The notes beneath the pieces are model-generated. The model saw nothing but the letters and a program-made list of their open reading frames with translations. It was not told the DNA's origin and made no database searches. From Mytilus californianus (Eukaryota), in NCBI RefSeq assembly GCF_021869535.1, contig NW_026262701.1, forward strand, positions 102,796,001 through 102,860,000: a stretch of 64,000 bases of DNA, in the 5' to 3' direction. Made by a program: the position numbers and the translations under genes. Positions 50,201-63,444 of the stretch are shown here, piece by piece (position 1 is the stretch's first letter; every line of letters begins with the position of its first letter).

Positions 50201-53200
50201 CAAAGACAAGAATAATGTGTCTTGGTGGGGTGACAGCTCTTCCTGCATACAGTTAAACAAGTTTGTTAAAGATCTGACTCATTGTGAAGGGTTGGCTCAA
50301 AGACAAGAATAATGTGTCTTGGTGGGTTGACAGCTCTTCCTGCATACTGTTAATCAAGTTTGTTAAAGATCTGGCTCATTGTGAAGGGTTGGCTCAAAGA
50401 CAAGAATAATGTGTCTTGGTGGGGTGACAGCTCTTCCTGCATACTGTTAATCAAGTTTGTTAAAGATCTGACTCATTGTGAAGGGTTGGCTCAAAGACAA
50501 GAATAATGTGTCTTGGCGGGTTGACAGCTCTTCCTGCATACTGTTAATCAAGTTTGTTAAAGATCTGACTCATTGTGAAGGGTTGGCTCAAAGACAAGAA
50601 TAATGTGTCTTGGTGGGTTGACAGCTCTTCCTGCATACTGTTAATCAAGTTTGTTAAAGATCTGGATCATTGTGAAGGGTTGGCTCAAAGACAAGAATAA
50701 TGTGTCTTGGTGGGGTGACAGCTCTTCCTGCATACTGTTAATCAAGTTTGTTAAAGATCTGGCTCATTGTGAAGGGTTGGCTCAAAGACAAGAATAATGT
50801 GTCTTGGTGGGGTGACAGCTCTTCCTGCATACAGTTAAACAAGTTTGTTAAAGATCTGACTCATTGTGAAGGGTTGGCTCAAAGACAAGAATAATGTGTC
50901 TTGGTGGGTTGACAGCTCTTCCTGCATACTGTTAATCAAGTTTGTTAAAGATCTGGCTCATTGTGAAGGGTTGGCTCAAAGACAAGAATAATGTGTCTTG
51001 GTGGGGTGACAGCTCTTCCTGCATACTGTTAATCAAGTTTGTTAAAGATCTGACTCATTGTGAAGGGTTGGCTCAAAGACAAGAATAATGTGTCTTGGCG
51101 GGTTGACAGCTCTTCCTGCATACTGTTAATCAAGTTTGTTAAAGATCTGACTCATTGTGAAGGGTTGGCTCAAAGACAAGAATAATGTGTCTTGGTGGGT
51201 TGACAGCTCTTCCTGCATACTGTTAATCAAGTTTGTTAAAGATCTGACTCATTGTGAAGGGTTGGCTCAAAGACAAGAATAATGTGTCTTGGTGGGGTGA
51301 CAGCTCTTCCTGCATACTGTTAATCAAGTTTGTTAAAGATCTGGCTCATTGTGAAGGGTTGGCTCAAAGACAAGAATAATGTGTCTTGGTGGGTTGACAG
51401 CTCTTCCTGCATACTGTTAATCAAGTTTGTTAAAGATCTGACTCATTGTGAAGGGTTGGCTCAAAGACAAGAATAATGTGTCTTGGTGGGGTGACAGCTC
51501 TTCCTGCATACTGTTAATCAAGTTTGTTAAAGATCTGGCTCATTGTGAAGGGTTGGCTCAAAGACAAGAATAATGTGTCTTGGTGGGGTGACAGCTCTTC
51601 CTGCATACTGTTAATCAAGTTTGTTAAAGATCTGACTCATTGTGAAGGGTTGGCTCAAAGACAAGAATAATGTGTCTTGGTGGTGTGACAGCTCTTGCTG
51701 CGTACTCTTAAACAAGTTTGTTAAAGATCTGGCTCATTGTGAAGGGTTGTCTCAAAAACAAGAATAATGTGTCTTGGTGGTGTGACAGCTCTTGCTGCAT
51801 ACTGTTAAACAAGTTTGTTAAAGATCTGGCTCATTGTGAAGGGTTGGCTCAAAGACAAGAATAATGTGTCTTGGTGGTGTGACAGCTCTTGCTGCGTACT
51901 CTTAAACAAGTTTGTTAAAGATCTGGCTCATTGTGAAGGGTTGTCTCAAAAACAAGAATAATGTGTCTTGGTGGGGTGACAGCTCTTCCTTCATATTGTT
52001 AAACAAGTTTGTTAAAGATCTGGCTCACTCTGACGGGTTGGCTCAAAGACGAGAATAATGTGTCTTGGTGAAGTGACAGCTCTTCCTGCATACTGTTAAA
52101 CAAGTTTGTTAAAGATCTGGATCATTGTGAAGGGTTGGCTCAAAGACAAGAATAATGTGTCTTGGTGGGGTGACAGCTCTTCCTGCATACTGTTAATCAA
52201 GTTTGTTAAAGATCTGGCTCATTGTGAAGGGTTGGCTCAAAATCAAGAATAATGTGTCTTGGTGGGGTGACAGCTCTTCCTGCATACAGTTAAACAAGTT
52301 TGTTAAAGATCTGACTCATTGTGAAGGGTTGGCTCAAAGACAAGAATAATGTGTCTTGGTGGGTTGACAGCTCTTCCTGCATACTGTTAATCAAGTTTGT
52401 TAAAGATCTGGCTCATTGTGAAGGGTTGGCTCAAAGACAAGAATAATGTGTCTTGGTGGGGTGACAGCTCTTCCTGCATACTGTTAATCAAGTTTGTTAA
52501 AGATCTGACTCATTGTGAAGGGTTGGCTCAAAGACAAGAATAATGTGTCTTGGCGGGTTGACAGCTCTTCCTGCATACTGTTAATCAAGTTTGTTAAAGA
52601 TCTGACTCATTGTGAAGGGTTGGCTCAAAGACAAGAATAATGTGTCTTGGTGGGTTGACAGCTCTTCCTGCATACTGTTAATCAAGTTTGTTAAAGATCT
52701 GACTCATTGTGAAGGGTTGGCTCAAAGACAAGAATAATGTGTCTTGGTGGGGTGACAGCTCTTCCTGCATACTGTTAATCAAGTTTGTTAAAGATCTGGC
52801 TCATTGTGAAGGGTTGGCTCAAAGACAAGAATAATGTGTCTTGGTGGGGTGACAGCTCTTCCTGCATACTGTTAATCAAGTTTGTTAAAGATCTGACTCA
52901 TTGTGAAGGGTTGGCTCAAAAACAAGAATAATGTGTCTTGGTAGGGTGACAGCTCTTCCTGCATACAGTTAAACAAGTTTGTTAAAGATCTGACTCATTG
53001 TGAAGGGTTGGCTCAAAGACAAAAATAATGTGTCTTGGTGGGTTGACAGCTCTTCCTGCATACTGTTAATCAAGTTTGTTAAAGATCTGGCTCATTGTGA
53101 AGGGTTGGCTCAAAGACAAGAATAATGTGTATTGGTGGGGTGACAGCTCTTCCTGCATACTGTTAATCAAGTTTGTTAAAGATCTGACTCATTGTGAAGG

Positions 53201-55420
53201 GTTGGCTCAAAGACAAGAATAATGTGTCTTGGCGGGTTGACAGATCTTCCTGCATACTGTTAATCAAGTTTGTTAAAGATCTGACTCATTGTGAAGGGTT
53301 GGCTCAAAGACAAGAATAATGTGTCTTGGTGGGTTGACAGCTCTTCCTGCATACTCTTAAACAAGTTTGTTAAAGATCTGACTCATTGTGAAGGGTTGGC
53401 TCAAAGACAAGAATAATGTGTCTTGGTGGGGTGACAGCTCTTCCTGCATACTGTTAATCAAGTTTGTTAAAGATCTGGCTCATTGTGAAGGGTTGGCTCA
53501 AAGACAAGAATAATGTGTCTTGGTGGGGTGACAGCTCTTCCTGCATACTGTTAATCAAGTTTGTTAAAGATCTGACTCATTGTGAAGGGTTGGCTCAAAG
53601 ACAAGAATAATGTGTCTTGGTGGGGTGACAGCTCTTCCTTCATATTGTTAAACAAGTTTGTTAAAGATCTGGCTCATTGTGAAGGGTTGGCTCAAAGACA
53701 AGAATAATGTGTCTTGTTAGGGTGACATGTCTTCCTGCATACTGTTAAACAAGTTTGTTAAAGATCTGGCTCATTGTGAAGGGTTGGCTCAAAGACAAGA
53801 ATAATGTGTCTTGGTGGAGTGACAATACCTGCATACTGTTAAACAAGTTTGTTAAAGATCTGGATCATTGTGAAGGGTTGGCTCAAAGACAAGAATAATG
53901 TGTCTTTGTGGTGTGACAACTCTTCCTGCATACTGTTAAACAAGTTTGTTAAAGATCTGGATCATTGTGAAGGGTTGGCTCAAAGACAAGAATAATGTGT
54001 CTTGGTGGAGTGACAGCTCTTCCTGCATACTGTTAAACAAGTTTGTTAAAGATCTGGCTCATTGTGAAGGGTTGGCTCAAAGACAAGAATAATTTGTCTT
54101 GGTGGTGTAACAGCTATTCCTGCATACTGTTAAACAAGTTTGTTAAAGATCTGGCTTATTGTGAAGGGTTGGCTCAAAGACAAGAATAATGTGTCTTGGT
54201 GGGGTGACAGCTCTTGCTGCGTACACTTGAATAAGTTTGTTAAAGATCTGGATCATTGTGAAGGGTTGGCTCAAAGACAAGAATAATGTGTCTTGGTGGA
54301 GTGACAGCTCTTCCTGTATACTGTTAAACAAGTTTGTTAAAGATCTGGATCACTGTGAAGGGTTGGCTCAAAGACGAGAATAATATGTCTTGGTTGACTG
54401 ACAGCTCTTCCTGCATACTGTTAAACAAGTTTGTTTAAGATCTGGCTCGTTGTGAAGGGTTGGCTCAAAGACAAGAATAATGTGTCTTGGTGGGGTGACA
54501 GCTCTTTCTGCATACTGTTAAACAAGTTTGTTAAAGATCTGGCTCATTGTGAAGGGTTGGCTCAAAGACAAGATTAATGTGTCTTGGTGAAGTGACAGCT
54601 CATCCTGCATACTGTTAAACAAGTTTGTTAAAGATCTGGCTCATTGTGAAGGGTTGGCTCAAAGACGAGATTAATGTGTCTTGGTGGGGTGACAGCTCTT
54701 CCTGCATACTGTTAAACAAGTTTGTTAAAGATCTGGCTCATTGTGAAGGGTTGGCTCAAAGACAAGAATAATGTGTCTTGTTAGGGTGACAGCTCTTCCT
54801 GCATACAGTTTAACAAGTTTGTTAAAGATCGGCTCATTGTGAAGGGTTGGCTCAAAGACAAGAATAATGTGTCTTGGTGAAGTGACAGCTATTCCTGCAT
54901 ACTGTTAAACAAGTTTGTTAAAGATCTGGATCATTGTGAAGGGTTGGCTCAAAGACAAGAATAATGTGTCTTGGTGGGGTGACAGCTCTTGCTGCGTACT
55001 CTTAAACAAGTTTGTTAAAGATCTGGCTCATTGTGAAGGGTTGGCTCAAAGACGAGAATAATGTGTCTTGGTGGAGTGACAGCTCTTCCTGCATACTGTT
55101 AATCAAGTTTGTTAAAGATCTGGCTCATTGTGAAGGGTTGGCACAAAAACAAGAATAATGTGTCTTGGTGGGGTGACAGCTCTTCCTTCATATTGTTAAA
55201 CAAGTTTGTTAAAGATCTGGCTCACTGTGACGGGTTGGCTCAAAGACGAGAATAATGTGTCTTGGTGAAGTGACAGCTCTTCCTGCATACTGTTAATCAA
55301 GTTTGTTAAAGATCTGGCTCATTGTGAAGGGTTGGCTCAAAAACAAGAATAATGTGTCTTGGTGGGGTGACAGCTCTTCCTGCATACTGTTAAACTAGTA
55401 GTTTAAGATCTGGCTCAGTG
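47290..55420 (+). repeat. 97-bp satellite, about 84 copies, with higher-order duplications; apparently expanded inside a SINE
   Basis: Unit aaacaagtttgttaaagatctggctcattgtgaagggttggctcaaagacaagaataatgtgtcttggtggggtgacagctcttcctgcatactgtt; period 97 (47347 to 47444). Confidence 0.97.
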
Positions 55421-55799
55421 TCTCTTTCTAGCAGGTTCTATGTACTGCAAATCCTCTTGGGTAAGTAATCGTTGTCTTGCTTTTTTTTTGTTTTGTTAGT
55501 TGTCCTTTGGTTTTGGCTTGGTGCCAATCTGAATAGTCTAGCCTCTTTTCAACTGTTGTCTCGTCTAAATGAAGGCATGCTGTTTCATGGCATTGGCAGC
55601 ATCAACAATTTGTTAAAGTTTGTGGTTAATCAGCTTTAGATGCTCATTTTTTTTGAAGATTATTTGGACATGTCCCGTCAGTCATAGTCCATTGAAACTT
55701 TTGCGTAGTTTACATGTTAAAGTATTGTCATTTTGATTTCAGCATTTGCATTTTACTATCAAAATTACATACAGGCGAGACATCTCTCTATGTCATCAG

Positions 55800-56040
55800 T
55801 TCATTACAGTATTGTGGTACTGTTTCACCATTGTCCCAAGTTAGGGGAGGGTTAAGCGCTAACAAATATGGTTAACTCTGCCAACATTTTGTATGTGCCT
55901 TTCTCAAGCCAGTAATCCAGTGGTTCTGGCATGCCATATACAGTATGAAGTTTGCTCTTGTTGAAACATCCTTGACATTTTGTATTCAACGGTTAGTTGT
56001 CTCATTGGCAATCATACAACATATATTATTCTATATTCAT
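55800..56040 (+). mobile_element. Decayed retroelement 3' tail
   Basis: cattgtcccaagttaggggagggtt...gttgtctcattggcaatcatacaacat, related to the other tail repeats. Confidence 0.5.
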
Positions 56041-57918
56041 ATCCATATCATATTAACAACGTGTATCCTTTTGAATATGTATGCAATATTTGCCGCTGGA
56101 CGTTTAGTAGCCATCAATCAATCAATTTGTGGTCAAGGATTCAGGTCCAAAACTTTTTCAGTTTGATAAAGGAAACACTAACAAATGTGTCAATTTCATC
56201 AAGTTTGTATAGAATATGTAAAGGCGAATTTTCAGATCCTTTTTCATAGAAGTCAAAGGTTAAACTGAAATCAATGATACAAGGTAAAACCTTTGTGAAC
56301 ATGATTTGGATAAAAGAGCTTGTTCAGTCATCATCGCCACATGTTGACATACTCTTCATGAGGACATGATATTTCAAGGTCAAAGGTCAGAGATATGGAA
56401 AACGCCCTTATAGAGTAAATAGTAACTTAACTTTGGAATTTATTTCTATTATTGTTGAATAATTTGAAAAAATACCTAAAACTAGTAGATGATGGAAACT
56501 TGGACATAATATATTGACTTTTTAATTTAGTAAAGTATTCCTAGAAGAAAAAGAGACAAGTCAGAATATAATCTAATACATAATATTTGTTGCAAACCTG
56601 AAGGAAGTCAGTTTAATAAAGTTACTCAAATTTTTTTCAATAGAAAATAATTCCTTATTAATATCAATATAAAGTTGTTTTCAAGATGATCATTTTTATT
56701 TTTTCAGGGGAGGGGTAGCAAATCCCAGGAATGACGGCCTTTTTAGGACATGTCGGGCCGTGTGACCCCTGGCCACAGCAAGTCTCGGACTCGACAATTA
56801 CTTCTGTGTTTTCCCCATTGCGATGTGTTCTTATTTTAGTAAATGCTGCTATAATAAATTAAGCTGAATGGCCGATTGTTTTGTAAATACAGTATTGAAA
56901 TTCCGATCAGCAAAAGATGTATTGTATAAATAGCAATAGAAATTTAGTAATTCAAAATCATATATTTTTTTTCTATTTTCAGATTTTAAAATATTTACTG
57001 AGAATTTGTAAACTAATTTAAAAAAAACCTACAAAAGACTTATCATGCAAGTTGAAAAAAATAATCTCAATAAAAAGATCTGTGCCAATCAAATAAACAT
57101 GTTATTACAAAGTTTTAATATTTTTCGGATTACTTTTATTGGTAGGAATAAGGCAAAGCAATCTGATTAATATCAAATGTTTCACTTTGCAACGTATTTG
57201 TTTGTGGCTCGTGTACATGCCGTGACAAACAAATCTAGAGGAACAAAGTGAAAGATCTGATTTGAATCCTATTGATGGCAAATAATCATCAGTCAGTCAT
57301 AGTCGCAAAGTATGTAACACTAATACAAATTTTCCATACCATTAAAAATGCAAAATGAATTGATCTATTTAAACCAGAGGCCGGTACTAGTGTGAGTGGT
57401 TGTGATTTCACCGATTGAGATATGTGGAGTAATCAGATAGAAGATTTATTCCGACATACAATAAATAACATGGTTTTACTGCTGCATCGAATAGTGAAAC
57501 CAATACGTCATCTTTTCTGAAGATGAATATCAGTTCCACATTAGAAATAGAGACCTATATAGACACAAAGAAATGAGTAAATATATACAAGTGACGAGAT
57601 TTATCGAGATAACAAACAATACTAGACAAAGAGATCATGAGATATTCAACACAACGACAATGTTTTCAATCTAGTCTCCCATATACCGTTGATCCTGCAT
57701 AGTCAATTGTATCACGTTCCACAAGCCTGAGGATATTCAAAACAATACATCCGTCGGAATTCCGAAGGAGGGAAGAATTGAATAATCTTCATGTATTTTT
57801 ATACAGAAAACAAATGCTATTTTAGCAGTTCCATTTTAACCTCAGTAAATTATGAAAACTTTCAGTCAAATCACAAAGATCCATGGAACTTTAAAATATT
57901 GACAGGTGACGTGGTCTG

Positions 57919-58409
57919 TCAATCCAGAAGAGTAATAGATGCAATAGACCTAGGAGAAAAGGTCTGTGCTGGTGCTTTTGATGGTATTATTTGTCCTGTT
58001 GGTATGCCAGACTGTATAAACTTTGTAGTAAATTTCGCCTTCGCTGGGCCTAGCGGTGCTTGAGTGTACATTCCCGCAGCTGATAACATTGTTGGTATCT
58101 TTGCACTCATCTTCCTAAATGAGAGAACACAGACATTTTAAAGATCAAAACAGCTGGTAATATTGCATCACCTAACTAAAAGATACACATATTTCAGTTT
58201 TAAAGACTACCATTTTTTATTTTTTTTTATATATAATTCTGCTTAGTATCACAATTTTTGGCTTATGATAACAGGAAATATTCTACTTTATCAAACACTT
58301 GCTTAATTTAGAGCATGCGTAAGAGTCCAGGGATTGATAGACTTTGTTTAACCTGTCAAAACTTTAATATTTATACCTTAACAACATTTTCTGCTTCTAG
58401 TCCATACAT

Positions 58410-58449
<40 letters not shown>

Positions 58450-61400
58450 CTTAAACGATGACATATTGATCGTGAAAAACATAACCTAACCATAACCTAA
58501 CTATAACAGATTTTCAGTAAAAGATGGATGTGTATAAGACTAACATGGCCGCTAATGCTTTAGTTATACCAACACCAATCCCAGCAATAATGGCTGCTGT
58601 AGCTGCTACACCGGATACTGCGGCAATGTACACGGGTGTGTTATCTGAAACAAAAAAGATGAAATACTCCTATCTCACATCTGACATTCATGCAATAACT
58701 AACAATATCTATTTGTTTTAGTTTGTTGAAAAAGTAAACTGGTCCGCCATTGCGGACCTGTTTCTGTATTGTTATGAGTTACAATTTATGACTAAAATCA
58801 GCAAAGACCCATCGAAACAACATCTAATTCAAAAATTTAATAACACTTTTAGATATTTGGATGATATATTGGCTCTCAATAATGACGACTTCAGTATGTA
58901 CACTAAAGAGATTTATCCTGCCGAACTGACTTTGAATAAAGCTAATACTAACAATGAACACTGCCCATTCCTGGATCTTGATATCTATATCTTTAACGGG
59001 AAGCTTAATACCAAAATTTACGATAAAAGAGATGATTTTTCATTTCCTATTGTTAATTATCCATTTTTAGATGGCGACGTTCCCTTGTCACCATCTTATG
59101 GTGTTTATATATCTCAACTTGTTCGATTCGCTCGTGTATGTAACAGCGTATTTGATTTTAACGAAAGAAATCTCTGTATTACTGAAAAATTATTACACCA
59201 GGGTTTTCGATATCACAAACTAGTCAAAACATTTACTAAATTTTATCATCGGTACAAGGACATCATTCGTAAATATAAATCAACATGCAGACATCTTATA
59301 CGTTCAGGTATTTCACATCCAATCTTTTATGGTAATATTCTTTACAAAGCACAAAAATGTCGGTATTCACCTCAAAAGCTAACCAAACCTTTAAACAGAC
59401 TTATTCAGAAGGGATATAGTTACGATACTGTTGTCAGGTCATTAAGGATTGCATATTTTGGTATTGATATTGATTCACTCATAGGGTCTTTGTATCGGAA
59501 ATAAAAACATTTATTAAAAAACCAGTTGTTAGCATGATACGGGTTATGTTCTTCTCATATATTTTATGATGGTATGATACTTAACCCCTTAAGGGAGGGA
59601 TTGTGCTTGATTTTCATATGATGAAGACATAATCTTTCAATCAGTTTAATTGAGGTCTGGAGCTGGCATGTCAGTAACTGCTAGTAGTCCTTTGTTAATT
59701 TATGTATCATTGTCATTTTGCTTAGTTTCTTTTGTTACCTATTCTGCCATCGGACTCGGACTTCTTTTGAACTCAGTTTTACTGTGCATATTGCTATGTG
59801 TTTCTTTATTCTACATTGGCAAGAGGTATAGGGGGAGGGTTGAGATATCACAAAACATGTTTAACCCTGCCGCATTTTTGCGTCTGTCCCAAGTCAGGAG
59901 CCTCTGGTTTTGTTAGTTTTTTTAATTTTAGTTCATTTATATGTTTTGGAGTTTAGTATGACATCCATTTTCACTGAACTAGTACACATTTTTATTAAGG
60001 GGCCAGCTGAGGCCCACCTCCGGGTGCGGGATTTTCTCGCTGCGTTGAAGACCCATTGGTGGCCTTCGGCTGTTATCTGCTCTTTGGTCGGGTTGTTGTC
60101 ACTTTGAAATATTCCCCATTTCCATTTTCAATTTTATTCCATCTAAATCTCCGCACCGAAGGCGATAAGTGAACACAACAGAGGTCCAGTTTATTTAAAA
60201 AGAGGATACACTCTTGAGTGAATTTTTTTAATATAGCAATCTTTAATCTAATAAAACAAATATAAAGTACGACAATAATTAGAACAAATACGTTGAATCA
60301 ATTTTAATGACATCTAGTCCTAAATGTCCTGGCTAGGTCAGTATAATCTACATGGAGTGGAACCTCTATGCTACCCGAAATATCAACAAATACGAAAAAA
60401 AAATTAACAAATTTAAACAAAGATGAAAGCCAGGTATCGAATGCCAGGTGTAAATTGAGTTTGTTTAAGGAAGTTAGCTTTTAGACTTTGTTATTGGCGA
60501 AAAACACTCACCAACTCCATCGTTTAGCACTAAATTGGCTATTTCAACGTTGTTTCTTTTGAATATGAAGAAATTGTTAACCAAATAATAATGGACTAAT
60601 CATTAAATCTACCTGTACCACTCGTGTCTTCAGTACTGGTGGTATTAAACACCCCACATTTATCTACTGCTGATTCTAACACGTTACTATCTATAAATAA
60701 AATAAATATCGGCATTAGTCAGGAATTTTTATCATTTTACTAAAAATTAAAGGTCACTTTTTCAAGATGGGGCTCCCGTCTTTTTTTTTAAAACAAATCC
60801 TATCAGCAAACAACAAGATTCATAAACGTTTATCATCAATGAACGGTATCCGCGGTATATTATCACATCCGTATATACTGAATAAGGATCTCCCCACAAT
60901 ATATGAACCGAAGTGAACCCCGATTATTATTATCATTCCTATTAGAAATACATGGACAAACATAAACGAGGGTGGTAAAGGGTTATTTTCGTGCAACGTG
61001 TTTTGCCATTTTTATTTCACGTGCAGCCATGAAAAAGGTACGTTATTCACCGTGTTTCGTGAAATCGGTAAAAGGATCAACGTGCAAGAAATTTTTAATT
61101 GTTCGTTCATCGTGAAATGGTAATTTTATTTCGCGTTCTTCCGTGCAGATACCCCCCCTTTACGCCCCTCACAAACGTAGCATACAATTTGATTTTCATT
61201 TATACAGTGAGGGGGACATTTCATTATCGCGTATATATATATAGCTAACTTGTTTTAATAGAAATTGTGTCCAAACACAAACACAATTGCTTGCTAGTAT
61301 CCCAAGTATATATTGACGGCTGTCTCGAAATGTTTTACAGGAGTTGGTATAATGAACAAAATAAAAATTGAAAACGAGATCAAAAAAGATATCCTACTAG

Positions 61401-63444
61401 CTAAAATGACTGGATCACAGCACCTACTATATATGCTTTGATTTTATTTGTCCCTGGCAGTTTGATAATACATGTACATATCATAGTGAATCGTTGTGGT
61501 TTTACTTTATGACAGAAAGAAAAAGGACATAGTCAGGTATATATTTTTTTAAAACAAAATGTAGTTTATTACATGTATATGTCATGAAACAAATTCCGTT
61601 CTGACTTGTATCAATCATAGGAAAATATAATTAAATCATAGTGTAGTTACCGATGTCTGTAACTCAGTGAGTTTTATTATCATTTTCAAAAATACAACTT
61701 TTAATTTACTGTTCTAAAAAAATTATTACCTAACTTTACCACCAATTCTGGTACAAGTAAACACAAATTTGAGAATGTTCCAACTGTGTTAACATAATAC
61801 GAGTCTGGATCTGAAGCAATAGATTCCAGTTCCGTCATTGATGAAGTGACAACTGAACCAATACCAATAGCATACACTTCAATCCCAGCATTTTGTAGTA
61901 TGCCGGCTTGGGTACTCGTTTCGGCCGTCTCGGTGGATATTCCATCTGTTAAAACAACCACGGCTTTTGGCACACCGCTTCGAGAACCGTGGCCTGACGT
62001 AAAGGTTGAACTGTAGCAAAAGTCCAGAGCATCGTGTGTGTATGTCTGGCCGCTTGGTGTTCTTGATTTTACCGCTTCAATGGCATCCAGGAGATCAGTT
62101 TGTGATGTATAGTCGTTCAAATCAAATTCTTCTGTTACTGAATTTGAAAATGTTATCACAGAAATTTGAAGCTCGTCATTGGATGAGCCAATGGTCAACC
62201 ATTTAGTAACATTGTAAAGAAAGTCAACAGCTTCGTAAAAATCTTCGTAATAAATGCTCCCTGATCTATCTAGGACAAACACAACATCTACAAAACAAAG
62301 ATAATTGTTATTGTTTAAAGCCTCAAATAAATAGTACACGCTGCTATATGAGTAACAAACAATGTAAACAACAACAAATATGTTTTTTTTGTGTGTCTGT
62401 ATTTGATTTATGATAAATCGATCCGAGTCTAGTCAAGTTTGGATACATGAAAGGGGTAACATGAATCACAAAAAAAAAATACCAGACACCAAAACAGACC
62501 ACACCAACCTCAAACACCCGACTCCTAAAATATTCAGACTTAAAACTAAAGACAAACAACAATATTCAAACAACACATGGTCCAGAAAGCTTGACTTAAT
62601 AAAAATACAAAAAATGCAATGGGGGTAACACTAGTTTTACCTGTGCACAACCACCCCCTTTTGTCTATCGAGACCATATTTTGTAAAACAAAAACACACA
62701 TTAAAATTCTTGCACAGAGCAACTAAAAACAGGAAATAAAAACGGCAAATACAGTTTGGAAAGCAGGGTCAGAATATTCTCGCTACTACAGGAAGCTAGT
62801 TAGTGGATACATTTGACAGCGACTATATAGATCTGCTATCAACACCGAATTCATAGGGCACGAAGCAGTTGTAACTTAAACAACCACTTCGTGACTAGGA
62901 ACAGACACATCACATGAAATGTGGCTTGGTGAAACTAGTTTTTCTAAGTTCTCAACCCTCTCGCTTTTAATATATATCAGTTGGGTAGTCCTCATAAAAT
63001 TAATTGCCCGGATTTTTTTTTTGGGGGGGGGGGGATTTCTTTTATAAAGTGCACCACTAGGAGTAATCCTAGTTAAAGAATGAAAACATACATAGCTTTT
63101 TGTTTTCTTTGATAAGGCGTTTAGACAAGAAAAAGATACACATACACACACAATGAAAACAACAAAATATTTAACATACAAATATTAAGTCTGCATATAT
63201 ATATCTAGTGTGTGTGTGTGTTTTTTTTATCGAAATATAAAGTGCTTATAGGCTATATTTGGTAAAAGGTTACATTTGAAATACCATACATTATTGTACA
63301 AATCGTTTAACTTTTTTTAAAACGCCGATTATCTAAAGGTAAAGAAAATGACTGAGTTAAATTACCTCTTGTGTCAGCTGCTGTTCTTTGCAAAGAATAT
63401 ATTACAAGAAATATGAAAATTTGACAGATAACATATAATCTCAT
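57919..63444 (-). CDS. Single-VWA type I transmembrane protein, 5 exons, 336 aa
   Basis: Exons 63444-63366 (MRLYVICQIFIFLVIYSLQRTAADTR, signal-peptide-like), 62287-61730 (VWA with MIDAS DRSGS, QTYT, LTDG), 60690-60613 (Ser/Thr linker), 58644-58545 (hydrophobic VYIAAVSGVAATAAIIAGIGVGI), 58114-57919 (tail). All junctions GT-AG and in phase, 1011 nt. Confidence 0.8.
58410..58446. repeat. (GA)n microsatellite
   Basis: Direct reading of gagagaga tract. Confidence 0.9.
58749..60137 (+). mobile_element. 5'-truncated Penelope-like retroelement (RT C-terminal half + 3' tail)
   Basis: Frame open from IADLFLYCYE (58749) through FRYLDD, YPAEL.L, FLDL, YDKRDDFSFPIVNYPFL, YGVYISQLVRFAR to stop at 59504; tail matches the 6992-7300 repeat. 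Confidence 0.8.
60968..61170. mobile_element. Small MITE-like element
   Basis: Inverted ends gagggtggtaaaggg / ccctttacgcccctc; CGTG-rich interior contrasting with flanks. Confidence 0.45.

Noticed and set aside
56160-56770. Acceptor-like sites at 56161 and 56706 as exons of a plus-strand gene
   Set aside because: All frames close quickly and no consistent model could be built.
62876-63181. 101-aa ORF with a hydrophobic N-terminus as the VWA gene's signal exon
   Set aside because: Hydrophobicity comes from (tg)n low complexity and there is no suitable donor; exon 63444-63366 fits phase and signal features better.
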